A DNA stretch of 59,408 nt. Origin: Candidatus Latescibacterota bacterium. GTDB taxonomy: Bacteria > Latescibacterota > UBA2968. The DNA lies in contig JAYODI010000028.1 of the NCBI GenBank assembly GCA_038279365.1, positions 1-59,408 on the forward strand, given 5' to 3'. The notes under the pieces are model-generated. The model was not told where the DNA came from. It made no database searches and saw only the letters and a list, made by a program, of their open reading frames with translations. This document shows, in pieces, positions 9,477 through 18,919 of this stretch (within the stretch, counting starts at the first letter, position 1; the number at the start of each line of letters is the position of its first letter). A program made the position numbers and the translations under genes.

Positions 9477-9812
9477 TTAGACTGCCCCGTGCGCATAGAC
9501 CAAACGCAAAGGCACATCACCCGTACTGCGAGCACAATGGGCGGTATGAGGCGGTACATAAAGCGCGGTGCCAGGTACAACGGTGTGCACCACATCGCCA
9601 ATTTTCACTTCACCTTCACCACTTAAAACATAAAGTGCTTCTTGGTCATCGTGTTTTTGAACATTTGTGGGTTCAAATGATTTGGCATGATATTCTGCAA
9701 TGCCCAAATTAAACCCCGCTTGGGTTGGAACCTGATCTGTTCCAACCAAGTTTTTGCTCCATCGATCGGCAAAGTGAGCCGCATCTACTTTGTCAACATG
9801 AATACTCGGCAT
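9477..9812 (-). CDS. Cupin domain protein
   Basis: HDDQEALYVLSGEG...PGTALYVPPHTAH; GGAGG RBS before ATG 9812. Confidence 0.85.
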   Translation of the reverse strand: MPSIHVDKVDAAHFADRWSKNLVGTDQVPTQAGFNLGIAEYHAKSFEPTNVQKHDDQEALYVLSGEGEVKIGDVVHTVVPGTALYVPPHTAHCARSTGDVPLRLVYAHGAV

Positions 9813-9868
9813 ATTTTTATCCTCCATTTAATGTTGAAGCAATATAGACAGACATGAGGTATTCGTCA

Positions 9869-10897
9869 ATGAACGAGAAATTAAAAACAGCAGTTGTGGG
9901 TTTGGGCCGTATTGGTTGGCAGTTTCACTTCAAACAAAGTGTTGCATCCTCCCAATTTGAACTTCAAGCCGTAGCAGATCCGTTGCCAGATCGACTTGCC
10001 GAAGCCCATCAAGAATCGGGGTGTAAAGGCTATTCTGACTTTGAATCTTTATTGCAAAACGAATCACTCGATGTGGTTGCCATTGCCTCACCCACCACCC
10101 TACACGAAGAAATGACCTGCGCCGCCATTAAAAAAGGATGCCACGTCATTCTCGAAAAACCCATGACCACCACCCTCGAATCGGCAGATCGCATGATTGC
10201 CTGTGCCAAGGAAAATGATCGAAAAATCTTTGTCTACCAACCCCACCGCTTCACCCCCGAAACACAAACTGCACGTGAAGTCATAGAAAGTGGATTACTT
10301 GGAAATATCTATGCCATTAGACGCGCAGTCTATCGGTTTGTGCGCCGCAACGATTGGCAAAGCTTGCGCAAAAATGGGGGCGGCATGCTCAACAACTATG
10401 GCGCACATTACATCGATCAATTGATGTATCTCTCCAATCGATCACCCATCATAGACGTACACTGCCACCTCTGGTCCATTGCTTCAGTAGGAGATGCCGA
10501 CGATGTGGTCAAAGCATGGATCAAAAATGAGGCGGGCCAATTGCTTGATGTAGAAATCAATCAAGCCTCCTCCCAAACCTTATCCGGGTGGCACATTTGT
10601 GGCGAATATGGCACAGCCATTCGAGAAGGCGACCTCTTCAAAGTCAAATATTACAACCCAAGTGAAGCGGCCCCACTTGAAATTGTTGAAGGTGCCGCCC
10701 CTGGCCGCAGCTATGACAACCAAGATCGTTTGCCCTGGCAAGAAAAAGATTTCCCGATTACCCAAGACAAACAACGCGACTTTTATGCCAATGTATATGA
10801 AGCCATTGTAAACAATGCTGAACCGTATGTGCAAATTGAAGAGTCGCGTGAACTTATGCGTGTTTTAGATCTTTGCAGAGAAACGTCCAAATTTTGA
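9869..10897 (+). CDS. Gfo/Idh/MocA family oxidoreductase
   Basis: VVGLGRIG, LEKPM and GGMLNNYGAHYID motifs. Confidence 0.9.
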   Translation: MNEKLKTAVVGLGRIGWQFHFKQSVASSQFELQAVADPLPDRLAEAHQESGCKGYSDFESLLQNESLDVVAIASPTTLHEEMTCAAIKKGCHVILEKPMTTTLESADRMIACAKENDRKIFVYQPHRFTPETQTAREVIESGLLGNIYAIRRAVYRFVRRNDWQSLRKNGGGMLNNYGAHYIDQLMYLSNRSPIIDVHCHLWSIASVGDADDVVKAWIKNEAGQLLDVEINQASSQTLSGWHICGEYGTAIREGDLFKVKYYNPSEAAPLEIVEGAAPGRSYDNQDRLPWQEKDFPITQDKQRDFYANVYEAIVNNAEPYVQIEESRELMRVLDLCRETSKF

Positions 10898-10911
10898 AGA
10901 AGGAGTCCTAA

Positions 10912-11769
10912 ATGAAAATATCTCTCACATCCGTTATGCTTCCCCGCTGGGATTTGGAAACCACATTTACCAAACTGGCAGAGCACGGATACGATGGGAT
11001 TGAATTGCGATGTCGGTATAACCCAGAGGACCCCAATGCAGAACCCGCAAACTGGGGCAGACACCTCACCGATGTGAGTCCAGACAACATATTGGACAAA
11101 GCACCCCAAATTCGTGAACTCTCACAAAAAACGGGTGTGCGCGTTGCTGCTCTTGCGCCCAACTTCACATACGATCAAATTGACATCATTGAAAAAATTT
11201 TCCAAGGTGCCAAAGCCATTGATGCAGACAACCCACCTCTCATTCGCATTGGTGCCAAAAGACATGATCGCACAAAACCTTATATCAATCAATTTTTAAG
11301 TGCCAGAGCAGGCTTTGCTGACCTTGTTGAAATTGCTCGCGACCATGGCGTCAAAGTCATTTACGAAATTCACGTGGGTACCATTGCAGTAACTGCCTCG
11401 CGCACCATTGAACTCTTAAGAGATTTTGACCCCAACCACATCGGTGCCATTTGGGATGTGCCCAATATGATTCGCGTGGGCCTTGAAGACAGCAAAATGG
11501 GCCTCGAATTGCTGGGCCCGTATTTGGCACATTGCCACATAGGCAACGCCACCCCCGTGGCCACAGAACGCGACGAAAACGGTCAAATGCAATGGAAATG
11601 GAACTTCAGCGATTTGCGTGAAGGCGTGGCCAACATCCCCCAAATTATTCAAGACCTCAAAGATGTGAACTATACAGGCTATCTCTCACTTGAAGAATTT
11701 GGACCAGGAGATGACGAAACCAAAATCAGCGAACAAGGTGCCTACTTGCATAAATTGATCACTGGCTAA
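10912..11769 (+). CDS. Sugar phosphate isomerase/epimerase (xylose isomerase-like TIM barrel)
   Basis: GYDGIEL, YEIH, WDVPN and YTGYLSLE motifs; AAGGAG RBS. Confidence 0.85.
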   Translation: MKISLTSVMLPRWDLETTFTKLAEHGYDGIELRCRYNPEDPNAEPANWGRHLTDVSPDNILDKAPQIRELSQKTGVRVAALAPNFTYDQIDIIEKIFQGAKAIDADNPPLIRIGAKRHDRTKPYINQFLSARAGFADLVEIARDHGVKVIYEIHVGTIAVTASRTIELLRDFDPNHIGAIWDVPNMIRVGLEDSKMGLELLGPYLAHCHIGNATPVATERDENGQMQWKWNFSDLREGVANIPQIIQDLKDVNYTGYLSLEEFGPGDDETKISEQGAYLHKLITG

Positions 11770-11815
11770 AAAAGACCCACAATTATTCTTCTCATTTGAA
11801 AACAAAGGAACCCAT

Positions 11816-12730
11816 ATGATCCCACTCATCAGCAGTTTAAACTATGGTCCATTGGGAGTTTGCCAATTGCCACGCACGTGGTGGAAAGTTTTGTTGCGCC
11901 AAGCAGGATATATGGATGAAGAATATCCCGACTTCAGTGGCGGGTTGGATCGTATGGTCTTTGAAGTGCTCAATCTCGACAAAGACACCACCCTTGGTTG
12001 GTTGCGCAACAACATGCCCACCTACCTCGAATTTGAAGCCTGGGTTGTGGCACAAAAAGGCGATGCTTTTTTTGGTTTTGAACAACAAGACGCCATTATC
12101 AAATGGAATGCCTCCGTGCGTGCACGCAGACATACAAGCCCCGCAAAAATTGAAGAAACCTATACCGACATTGGTTTCTCCAAAGATGCCGGCGTTCATT
12201 CGGCGGTTATCCTAAACAGCTTGCAAGATTGGCAGCTTTTTTACAAACGCGATTTGAACACCGACTTTGCCAACAAACTGGGTGGCCATATTGTTCCACT
12301 TATTGCCACCCTCGACTATGGCCCATTGGGTGTGCGCCAATTGCCTCGTACGTGGTTCAAAATATTGCTTAAAGCCAAGGGTATTCTGCACCCCGACTAT
12401 CCCGACATGACAGGTGGTGGTCTTGACCCTCGGGTACTCAAAGCACTCGGTCTTGACATTGAAAAAACAATGGCACATATTCGCGAAAATTTACCCTCAT
12501 ACCTCGACTTTGAAGATTGGGTGCTCAAACAATGTGGTGGCACATTACCCGCCAAGGCGGTTGACGAATGGAACGACTATCTTTGCCACCGCATTCACAA
12601 CGAAAACAAACAAGCCGACATTACCGCAACTGTTGGATTAAAAAATGATGGCAGCCTCACATCTGCTGTCATACTCAACAACATTGAAGATTGGCACTTG
12701 GCACACCAAGACCTTGTGAACAACCTTTAA
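11816..12730 (+). CDS. Protein with two tandem DUF5069-like domains
   Basis: Internal duplication PLI...YGPLGVxQLPRTWxKxLL...YPDxxG...LD...LNxxxDW. Confidence 0.7.
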   Translation: MIPLISSLNYGPLGVCQLPRTWWKVLLRQAGYMDEEYPDFSGGLDRMVFEVLNLDKDTTLGWLRNNMPTYLEFEAWVVAQKGDAFFGFEQQDAIIKWNASVRARRHTSPAKIEETYTDIGFSKDAGVHSAVILNSLQDWQLFYKRDLNTDFANKLGGHIVPLIATLDYGPLGVRQLPRTWFKILLKAKGILHPDYPDMTGGGLDPRVLKALGLDIEKTMAHIRENLPSYLDFEDWVLKQCGGTLPAKAVDEWNDYLCHRIHNENKQADITATVGLKNDGSLTSAVILNNIEDWHLAHQDLVNNL

Positions 12731-12784
12731 TCACAGCCGCATCAAGAGACAAACCACACCTTCAAAAGGTTGAAAGGGATATCG

Positions 12785-13894
12785 ATGGCCATCCATCTTG
12801 CCGAACTGCCCAATGGTGTCAATCTGTATCAGGTCACAACAGACAAACTCGAAAAATCAAACATCTATTGCGAACTGCCCTATTGTTCGGCAGATTCGCG
12901 GGTATTTGTGTATCAACAACAAAACCCAAACAATGACATCAACCGCACAGAATACGTCACCTGTGAATTTGGCACATGGAAAACAGAAATCATTGGGTGT
13001 GGTTTGGGCGGCCCAGGCATTACTCACAAGGGCATCTTTTTTTATCGTCGGGTGGTACCAAACAAATGCCAAGAGCTTGTTCGGTATGACCTCAACACAG
13101 GTCTTGAGAAAGTGCTCTATGAATTGCCCTTAGATTTTCAATCACGCGGGTTGGGTACCATGTCACCCAATGAACGGTATTATGCCTATGGCGTCACCAT
13201 CAGTTATGCACCCAAAATGTTTGGCATTGAGTTAATCGACCTCGATAAAGGCACGCGCGAGATCATCAACACCGACCCTGACATTTGCAACCCGCACACC
13301 CAATTTGAACCCACACATGGGGAATATATTATGGTGCAACACAACCGCGGGTGTGAATTTCAACCCGACGGCACGCGCATCAAACTCGTTGGCGAAGAAG
13401 GTGCAACCGAATATTTGATACACGTGCCCGATGGCGAAGTAACGCGCCTAAAAGTGGGCCCCCCATACACACCAGGCATTACAGGTCATGAAGCTTGGAT
13501 TGCCGGCACCCAAGAAATCCTGATGTCGGTTCGTGCCGTCGACGATTATGTGCCCGAAAAAGGCAACTTGATAAAAGTGGCTCCCAACAAAGCCCCCGAA
13601 CGCGTCGGTGCACCAGGTTATCAGTTTAATCACGTGGGGACATCGCCTTGTGGCAAATATTATTTTTGTGACGATTGGCGAGGCGCCAGCAAACTCATAG
13701 TGGGTAATATTCAAACGGGAAAAACTGCAGAAATTTGCGAAGCCCACACGTCTATGGGGCAATCTCAAAACACACACGGGCACCCCTATCTCTCACCTGA
13801 TTTAAAATGGCTCGTTTTTAATTCTGACCGAACCATTCGCCCCCAAATTCATGTGGCATCGGTGCCAGAAGCACTCATTGAAAGCCTCAATTAA
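12785..13894 (+). CDS. Oligogalacturonate lyase family (PL22-like) beta-propeller
   Basis: SNIYCELPY, HTQFEP, GHEAW and HGHPYLSPDLKWLVFNSDR motifs; no signal peptide. Confidence 0.75.
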   Translation: MAIHLAELPNGVNLYQVTTDKLEKSNIYCELPYCSADSRVFVYQQQNPNNDINRTEYVTCEFGTWKTEIIGCGLGGPGITHKGIFFYRRVVPNKCQELVRYDLNTGLEKVLYELPLDFQSRGLGTMSPNERYYAYGVTISYAPKMFGIELIDLDKGTREIINTDPDICNPHTQFEPTHGEYIMVQHNRGCEFQPDGTRIKLVGEEGATEYLIHVPDGEVTRLKVGPPYTPGITGHEAWIAGTQEILMSVRAVDDYVPEKGNLIKVAPNKAPERVGAPGYQFNHVGTSPCGKYYFCDDWRGASKLIVGNIQTGKTAEICEAHTSMGQSQNTHGHPYLSPDLKWLVFNSDRTIRPQIHVASVPEALIESLN

Positions 13895-13920
13895 ATGCCC
13901 TCAAATTTGCCTTAACACAA

Positions 13921-13950
13921 CAAAGCCTTCGGAAATCACCGAAGGCTTTG
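13921..13950 (+). terminator. Intergenic hairpin (terminator or mRNA-stabilising)
   Basis: Perfect 12-bp stem CAAAGCCTTCGG/CCGAAGGCTTTG. Confidence 0.6.
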
Positions 13951-13962
13951 TCACATAAAATT

Positions 13963-14793
13963 ATGCCCAACCAACATATCGAACATCACATTATCTTATC
14001 TCGTGAAACATCAGCTGTGGATCTGCTCAGTCAAGAAACGGGCTTATCCAAAACGGTGATCAAACAAACCATGCAAAAAGGCGCCGTGTGGCTTACGCAC
14101 AACACCTATACACAACGTTTGAGACGTGCAAAAAAACAACTCCAAGTGGGGGATGAGCTTCACATTTATTACGATGAAAAAATCCTCAACGAAACCACCC
14201 TACCCGCCGAACTAATTGCCGATGAAAACGCTTACAGTGTTTGGTTTAAACCCTACGGCATGCGATCACAAGGCTCTAAGTGGGGAGACCATACCACCAT
14301 TCAACGTTGGGCAGAAAATCACTTAACACCCCAACGCCCCACATTTACCGTTCACCGATTAGACCGTGCCGCAACAGGTCTGATGCTCATCGCCCACAAA
14401 AAACAAACGACAACCGCTTTGTCCAAGGGCTTTGAAAATCACACCATTGAAAAAAAATATCGCGTCATTGTTCACGGCCATTTTCACCAGACACCCCAAA
14501 TCTATACCGATCCCATTGACAATCGCCACGCACACACAGAAGCCACCCTCATCCATTATGAACACTCAAAAAACCGTTCGCTCCTTGAAATCACCATCAA
14601 GACGGGCCGCAAACACCAAATTCGCCGCCACCTCTCACAAGCGGGTTATCCTGTAATAGGTGACCGCCTGTACGGTTCCACCGATCAAACAACCAACCTC
14701 CAACTCACGGCTTATTTGCTTGCCTTCCAATGTCCAGTGACAAACACCCCCCAATCGTATCAACTCCCCGAAGCTTATTTACCAACGCCCTGA
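13963..14793 (+). CDS. RluA family RNA pseudouridine synthase
   Basis: VHRLDRAATG, TGRKHQIRRHL and GDRLYG motifs. Confidence 0.92.
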   Translation: MPNQHIEHHIILSRETSAVDLLSQETGLSKTVIKQTMQKGAVWLTHNTYTQRLRRAKKQLQVGDELHIYYDEKILNETTLPAELIADENAYSVWFKPYGMRSQGSKWGDHTTIQRWAENHLTPQRPTFTVHRLDRAATGLMLIAHKKQTTTALSKGFENHTIEKKYRVIVHGHFHQTPQIYTDPIDNRHAHTEATLIHYEHSKNRSLLEITIKTGRKHQIRRHLSQAGYPVIGDRLYGSTDQTTNLQLTAYLLAFQCPVTNTPQSYQLPEAYLPTP

Positions 14794-14941
14794 TTGAGTA
14801 ATCTATGTTTGCGTAAACAAGAATAAGATGGCAAAGTTTTCAGCACAACTGAAACGCCAAGTGATTAACCGAGCGTAGACTTCCCATATCACCCAAACGA
14901 CAATTTCTGCTCACGGAATAGGGAACGATTCCAAGCTCTAA

Positions 14942-14985
14942 AAAAGAAAGATACCCCAGCGTTGAGCTGGCAATATCTTTCTTTT
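14942..14985 (-). terminator. Probable terminator after trxA
   Basis: AAAAGAAAGATA..CCAGC/GCTGG..TATCTTTCTTTT inverted repeat. Confidence 0.55.
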
Positions 14986-15000
14986 AAGTTTTCCCATAAG

Positions 15001-15336
15001 TTATGCCAGTTGAACGTCAAGCAGTGCATCAATGTGCTCAGCAACAGCCGCTTTGGGCAACGCCCCAACCAAACGATCCACTTCCTTTCCATTTTTAAAA
15101 AACACCACCGTAGGCAAACTGCGCACGCCCAACTGCGTTGCGGTGCGGTGCGATTCATCAAAATCGGCCTTCATCACCTTAACTTGTGTGCCGTATTCTT
15201 CTGCCAATTCTTCCAATACAGGCTCCAGCAACCGACAAGGCCCGCACCACGAGGCACCAAATTCGACCAACAACGGTTTTGTTGTATCCAATGCACCTTG
15301 AAAAGTAGCATCATCTAAAGTTTTGAGTTTTCCCAT
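15001..15336 (-). CDS. trxA: Thioredoxin
   Basis: WCGPC active site; SLPT cis-Pro; GGAGG RBS. Confidence 0.93.
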   Translation of the reverse strand: MGKLKTLDDATFQGALDTTKPLLVEFGASWCGPCRLLEPVLEELAEEYGTQVKVMKADFDESHRTATQLGVRSLPTVVFFKNGKEVDRLVGALPKAAVAEHIDALLDVQLA

Positions 15337-15526
15337 CACTTACCTCCGTTTTAAATATTAAACGCCATTAATTGAATAATTGCTCACATATTTCACTTCG
15401 TGCGACCACAAATCCAATCCGTTGTACCACCTCCTTTCCCATATTGCGTCACACAGCCAAATGTCCTAACTTATAAACAGCTTACCCAACCTGCCGGTGA
15501 AGTAAGCCCTTTGCCCGATTGTGTGA

Positions 15527-15787
15527 TCAGACACAATCGGGTTTTATTTTATCGCGATCCTGTTGCGGGTCATATCGGCTAAAAGCAGGAAAGAAAAATG
15601 AAGGATCAATCCCCTTAACGCGCCCTAAATCGCACATTGCGCCAATATAATCGGCACATGGTGAAACCTGGCCCGATTCCCACCGCGCCACCGTGGGTTG
15701 TGGCACACCCAATCTTTCAGCCAGTGCCACCTGCGTAAACCCCAACCGCTTCCGAAATTCACGAATACGCATATAATCAAACGGCAT
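15527..15787 (-). CDS. XRE/Cro-family HTH transcriptional regulator
   Basis: RKRLGFTQVALAERLGVPQPTVARWESG. Confidence 0.88.
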   Translation of the reverse strand: MPFDYMRIREFRKRLGFTQVALAERLGVPQPTVARWESGQVSPCADYIGAMCDLGRVKGIDPSFFFPAFSRYDPQQDRDKIKPDCV

Positions 15788-15816
15788 AAATACCTCGCAT
15801 TATATCAAAGACGACA

Positions 15817-15857
15817 TATTATATCACACATGATATAATACTTTCACAACCTGTCAA
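15817..15857 (-). promoter_or_regulatory. Sigma70-type promoter overlapped by a palindromic operator upstream of the XRE gene
   Basis: TATTATATCA-CACA-TGATATAATA perfect inverted repeat (15817-15840); minus-strand TTGACA-16 nt-TATCAT. Confidence 0.7.
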
Positions 15858-15868
15858 GCCCTAAAAAC

Positions 15869-15897
15869 AAAAAAACTCGCCATCCCAATGGCGAGTT
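15869..15897 (-). terminator. Intrinsic terminator after the FIST gene
   Basis: AACTCGCCAT/ATGGCGAGTT stem followed by a T-run on the minus strand. Confidence 0.7.
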
Positions 15898-15920
15898 CTC
15901 ATTTAACATCAGAAACACCC

Positions 15921-17084
15921 TTACCACAACAACGTCAACACACCCGTATAACTGTGCACAAAATTGCGCCCACCAACAGGTGCAAACTCTGCATTGCCAA
16001 AAAAACCTGCCATGGGAAAAGCACCCAAATGCTTGCGAATAACCAGCACATCATGATCGGGTTGGCCATATAAACCAAACCCACGCCCCATGCAATTAAA
16101 ATACAAAGCACACACTCCCGCAATGCGTCCCTTTTCCTGTTTCAAATGCTTCATCACTTGCACCATATCATCGTGAGCAGCATCTGGTGTGCGACGGTTA
16201 AATTGGATCGTTTGCCCCACAGTTACGGGTTCATTAATGCCCAAAGCCCCCGTGCGCTCTTCAATGCCCATCAGGCCTCGAATCAAAAAATCACCGCGAT
16301 CACGCTTCACGGCATATTCATCCATCGCCAAACCGATAAAAATATTTCTCCGCAAATTGGCTTTTTCTTCGGTGGTGAGTGTATCCATTGCCTCTTTGAG
16401 CGCGTCAACGGCTGGCGCAAACGCCAACTGCTGAATCACATGTTCGTCGCATTGTGTAATGGTATAAGCTTGCCCAAAGGGTTGACAGCCTTGAGCCACT
16501 CCAGTGACAAAGTGAACACCGCGCAACAATACCCCCACCACCAGATCTTCGTCCATTTCTTGCCCGCACCACTGCAACGATTGCAACTGTGTTCGCTCCC
16601 AAGGATTGGGTGAAGCAACACCTCCAACAATGGGCAAATCCCCTACAATATCCGTAATTTGCTTCATTGTGATCGCAGGATCACTCAAAAGCCCAGACAA
16701 CATCACCAACAAAGTATCCTCTTGGGCATAAGGCAACAATTTCTCTCCAATACCAATACCAGCCATATCCCCTTTATCACAAACCAAAATGGCTTCTAGA
16801 TCTGCCCCCCCCATCACCAACACGGCCACACCAGGTTCGCGATCATTCTCACGCGCATCTGTAAGCACACCCATTCCCGAACAGCCCACCACATTTTCAG
16901 TACCCGCAATATCCATCGTTTCTTGTACCAAATCTTGGGCAATTTTAAGATGATGATGGGTAATAAAAAGAAATACCAAGTCGGCCTGTGTCAGTTGGGC
17001 ATACTTCATAGCACTTTGCACAGCCAAGCGTGTAGCCGTTAATCCATCAGAATTATTGGAATGCCCTGCTCCAGATTGCATCAT
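15921..17084 (-). CDS. FIST N/C domain sensor protein (NosP-like)
   Basis: VVGCSGMGV, PIVGG, QGCQPFG, FNCMGRG and GFFGNAEF motifs; ATGA overlap with the upstream gene. Confidence 0.88.
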   Translation of the reverse strand: MMQSGAGHSNNSDGLTATRLAVQSAMKYAQLTQADLVFLFITHHHLKIAQDLVQETMDIAGTENVVGCSGMGVLTDARENDREPGVAVLVMGGADLEAILVCDKGDMAGIGIGEKLLPYAQEDTLLVMLSGLLSDPAITMKQITDIVGDLPIVGGVASPNPWERTQLQSLQWCGQEMDEDLVVGVLLRGVHFVTGVAQGCQPFGQAYTITQCDEHVIQQLAFAPAVDALKEAMDTLTTEEKANLRRNIFIGLAMDEYAVKRDRGDFLIRGLMGIEERTGALGINEPVTVGQTIQFNRRTPDAAHDDMVQVMKHLKQEKGRIAGVCALYFNCMGRGFGLYGQPDHDVLVIRKHLGAFPMAGFFGNAEFAPVGGRNFVHSYTGVLTLLW

Positions 17085-18064
17085 TGTCCGCTCATCCATT
17101 CCAAAGTTTTCATCAATGCAGTTAATTGCAAATGCACCTGCATAGCAATGGGTGTTTTCGGGTTGTTGTTTTGAACCTCCGTAACCAGATGCACCATACG
17201 TGCTGAAATGGGTTTCCAAACAGCATCCAAAAAAGCTTTTTGCGTCTGATTATTTTGATAAGGTAGCGATGGCACATCTCTGGGCACACCGCCCACCTCT
17301 TTCCAACCCAAATGTAATTGATCTCCCAACGCTTGGTGTTTTGCCTGCATGGCTTGAGGTAAATCAATCAAACAGGTTGGCAAATGAACTTCACAGTTGC
17401 GATCCGAGTTTATAAATTCGGTCTGGTGCAAATCCAACCACACATCATAATGATATTTTTGATCACAAGCAAAAAATGACTTAAAAAAGGTAGACCGATA
17501 ATCTCGGTTGGGCTCAACAAAAATGTGGTCATTTATTTGCTCATAAGCAATTCCCAACAAAGCAGGTTCAGTCACCTCACGTTTGTCCCAGCACGCTACC
17601 CGAGGAAAACGTTCGCCAGGTTTGTCGCCCGATTCGCCAAACATCCACAAAAAGAAACGCTCATTGGGTATTTGGGAACCATCCCAAAACGCAACTGGTG
17701 CCCGCACACTGCCCATCGGATTTGCATCGGGAACCAATGTAATAACAAATTGAGACAAAATTGCTTCGCGCCATGCATCCCAAGCCCCGTCATAGCGCCC
17801 CACACCCGCCAAAGCTTGCATCAATTCTGTACAAGCAGCCACACCAGCAGGTTCGTGAGCATGTGGCCGTGAAACAAATAACTTACGCTTTTTATTAAGA
17901 TCACCCCTATCCCCAAAAGTGATCGCCCATACCGTTCTCCCCGCCCACTGTTCAAATGCCTCTACTTTTGCCCCACTCATTTGTGCAACCAAGGCATCCA
18001 CATCATCTGGAAAAACCACAAATGGGTGATCATTTGTTAACATTTCATAAAATGGATGTTTCAT
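17081..18064 (-). CDS. M14 family zinc carboxypeptidase/deacylase-like protein
   Basis: HAHE (HxxE), ANPMG, LDLHQ and late TEV motifs; GGAGG RBS. Confidence 0.75.
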   Translation of the reverse strand: MKHPFYEMLTNDHPFVVFPDDVDALVAQMSGAKVEAFEQWAGRTVWAITFGDRGDLNKKRKLFVSRPHAHEPAGVAACTELMQALAGVGRYDGAWDAWREAILSQFVITLVPDANPMGSVRAPVAFWDGSQIPNERFFLWMFGESGDKPGERFPRVACWDKREVTEPALLGIAYEQINDHIFVEPNRDYRSTFFKSFFACDQKYHYDVWLDLHQTEFINSDRNCEVHLPTCLIDLPQAMQAKHQALGDQLHLGWKEVGGVPRDVPSLPYQNNQTQKAFLDAVWKPISARMVHLVTEVQNNNPKTPIAMQVHLQLTALMKTLEWMSGQ

Positions 18065-18370
18065 TTCATCCTCCAATCGCTCAAATATAGAGGTAAAATC
18101 CCATTGCGCCAAAATTTTTTAACGTGCCTCACAACCAAATTTACCAAGACCAAGCACGCCATTTTTGAAGAGCTATGCATTTTGTTATTCATACATTTAC
18201 AACAAATACAATACTAAGTTGATCAAGAAAGTTATAAATATTTTTAGACAAGGCTTGCGAGCAATATACAAAAACCTTATATTAAAATTCCAATACAATT
18301 AATATCGTTATATATACGCTGTGTCTACCAGAGATGATTACAGGCACATTTCACAACAAGAGTGGCTCCT

Positions 18371-18838
18371 ATGAACCTCAGAAACAACCTCCACAGTGAC
18401 ACCATTAAACACGTCGATTTGTCTTTTTTTGTTGAAGTGCCCAAAACCATGAAAGTGCGCCTCGCCATTGAAAAAATGCAAGCCAGCCAGCGCAAATGTG
18501 CACTGGTTATGGACAATGGCCAACTGTTAGGCATCTTTACCAATCACGATATTGCCCGCAAAACAATCGATCAACCTGGCACATCAGAACAAACAGTAGA
18601 AAGTGTGATGACAACCAACCCGCTCACACTTAAAGCCGATATGAAAATCATCGATGCCATCAAAATAATGGGCGAAAAACCGTATCGTTACATGCCCGTT
18701 ATTGGCACAGAAGGCCAAGTTTTGGGTACATTAACCCATTATGCCCTCATCAAATATATCAGCGATCACTTTCCCGAAGAAATTTACAATCTGCCCCCCG
18801 TTCCGGGCAATTATGCCCATGCCCGCGACGGCGCATAA
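18371..18838 (+). CDS. Stand-alone CBS-pair protein
   Basis: LLGIFTNHD, VMTTNP and YRYMPVI motifs; C-terminal HFPEEIYNLPP. Confidence 0.88.
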   Translation: MNLRNNLHSDTIKHVDLSFFVEVPKTMKVRLAIEKMQASQRKCALVMDNGQLLGIFTNHDIARKTIDQPGTSEQTVESVMTTNPLTLKADMKIIDAIKIMGEKPYRYMPVIGTEGQVLGTLTHYALIKYISDHFPEEIYNLPPVPGNYAHARDGA

Positions 18839-18919
18839 GTTTATCACACAGATAACCATTGAACCTCAGAAGTAGCATTTACTTTTATCTTTTGCAATTT
18901 TTCCGTAGGAGGATCACCC

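Noticed and set aside
14794-14940. Unexplained spacer between rluA and the trxA terminator, considered as an IS end or sRNA
   Set aside because: No partner inverted repeat, target duplication, transposase fragment or convincing fold.
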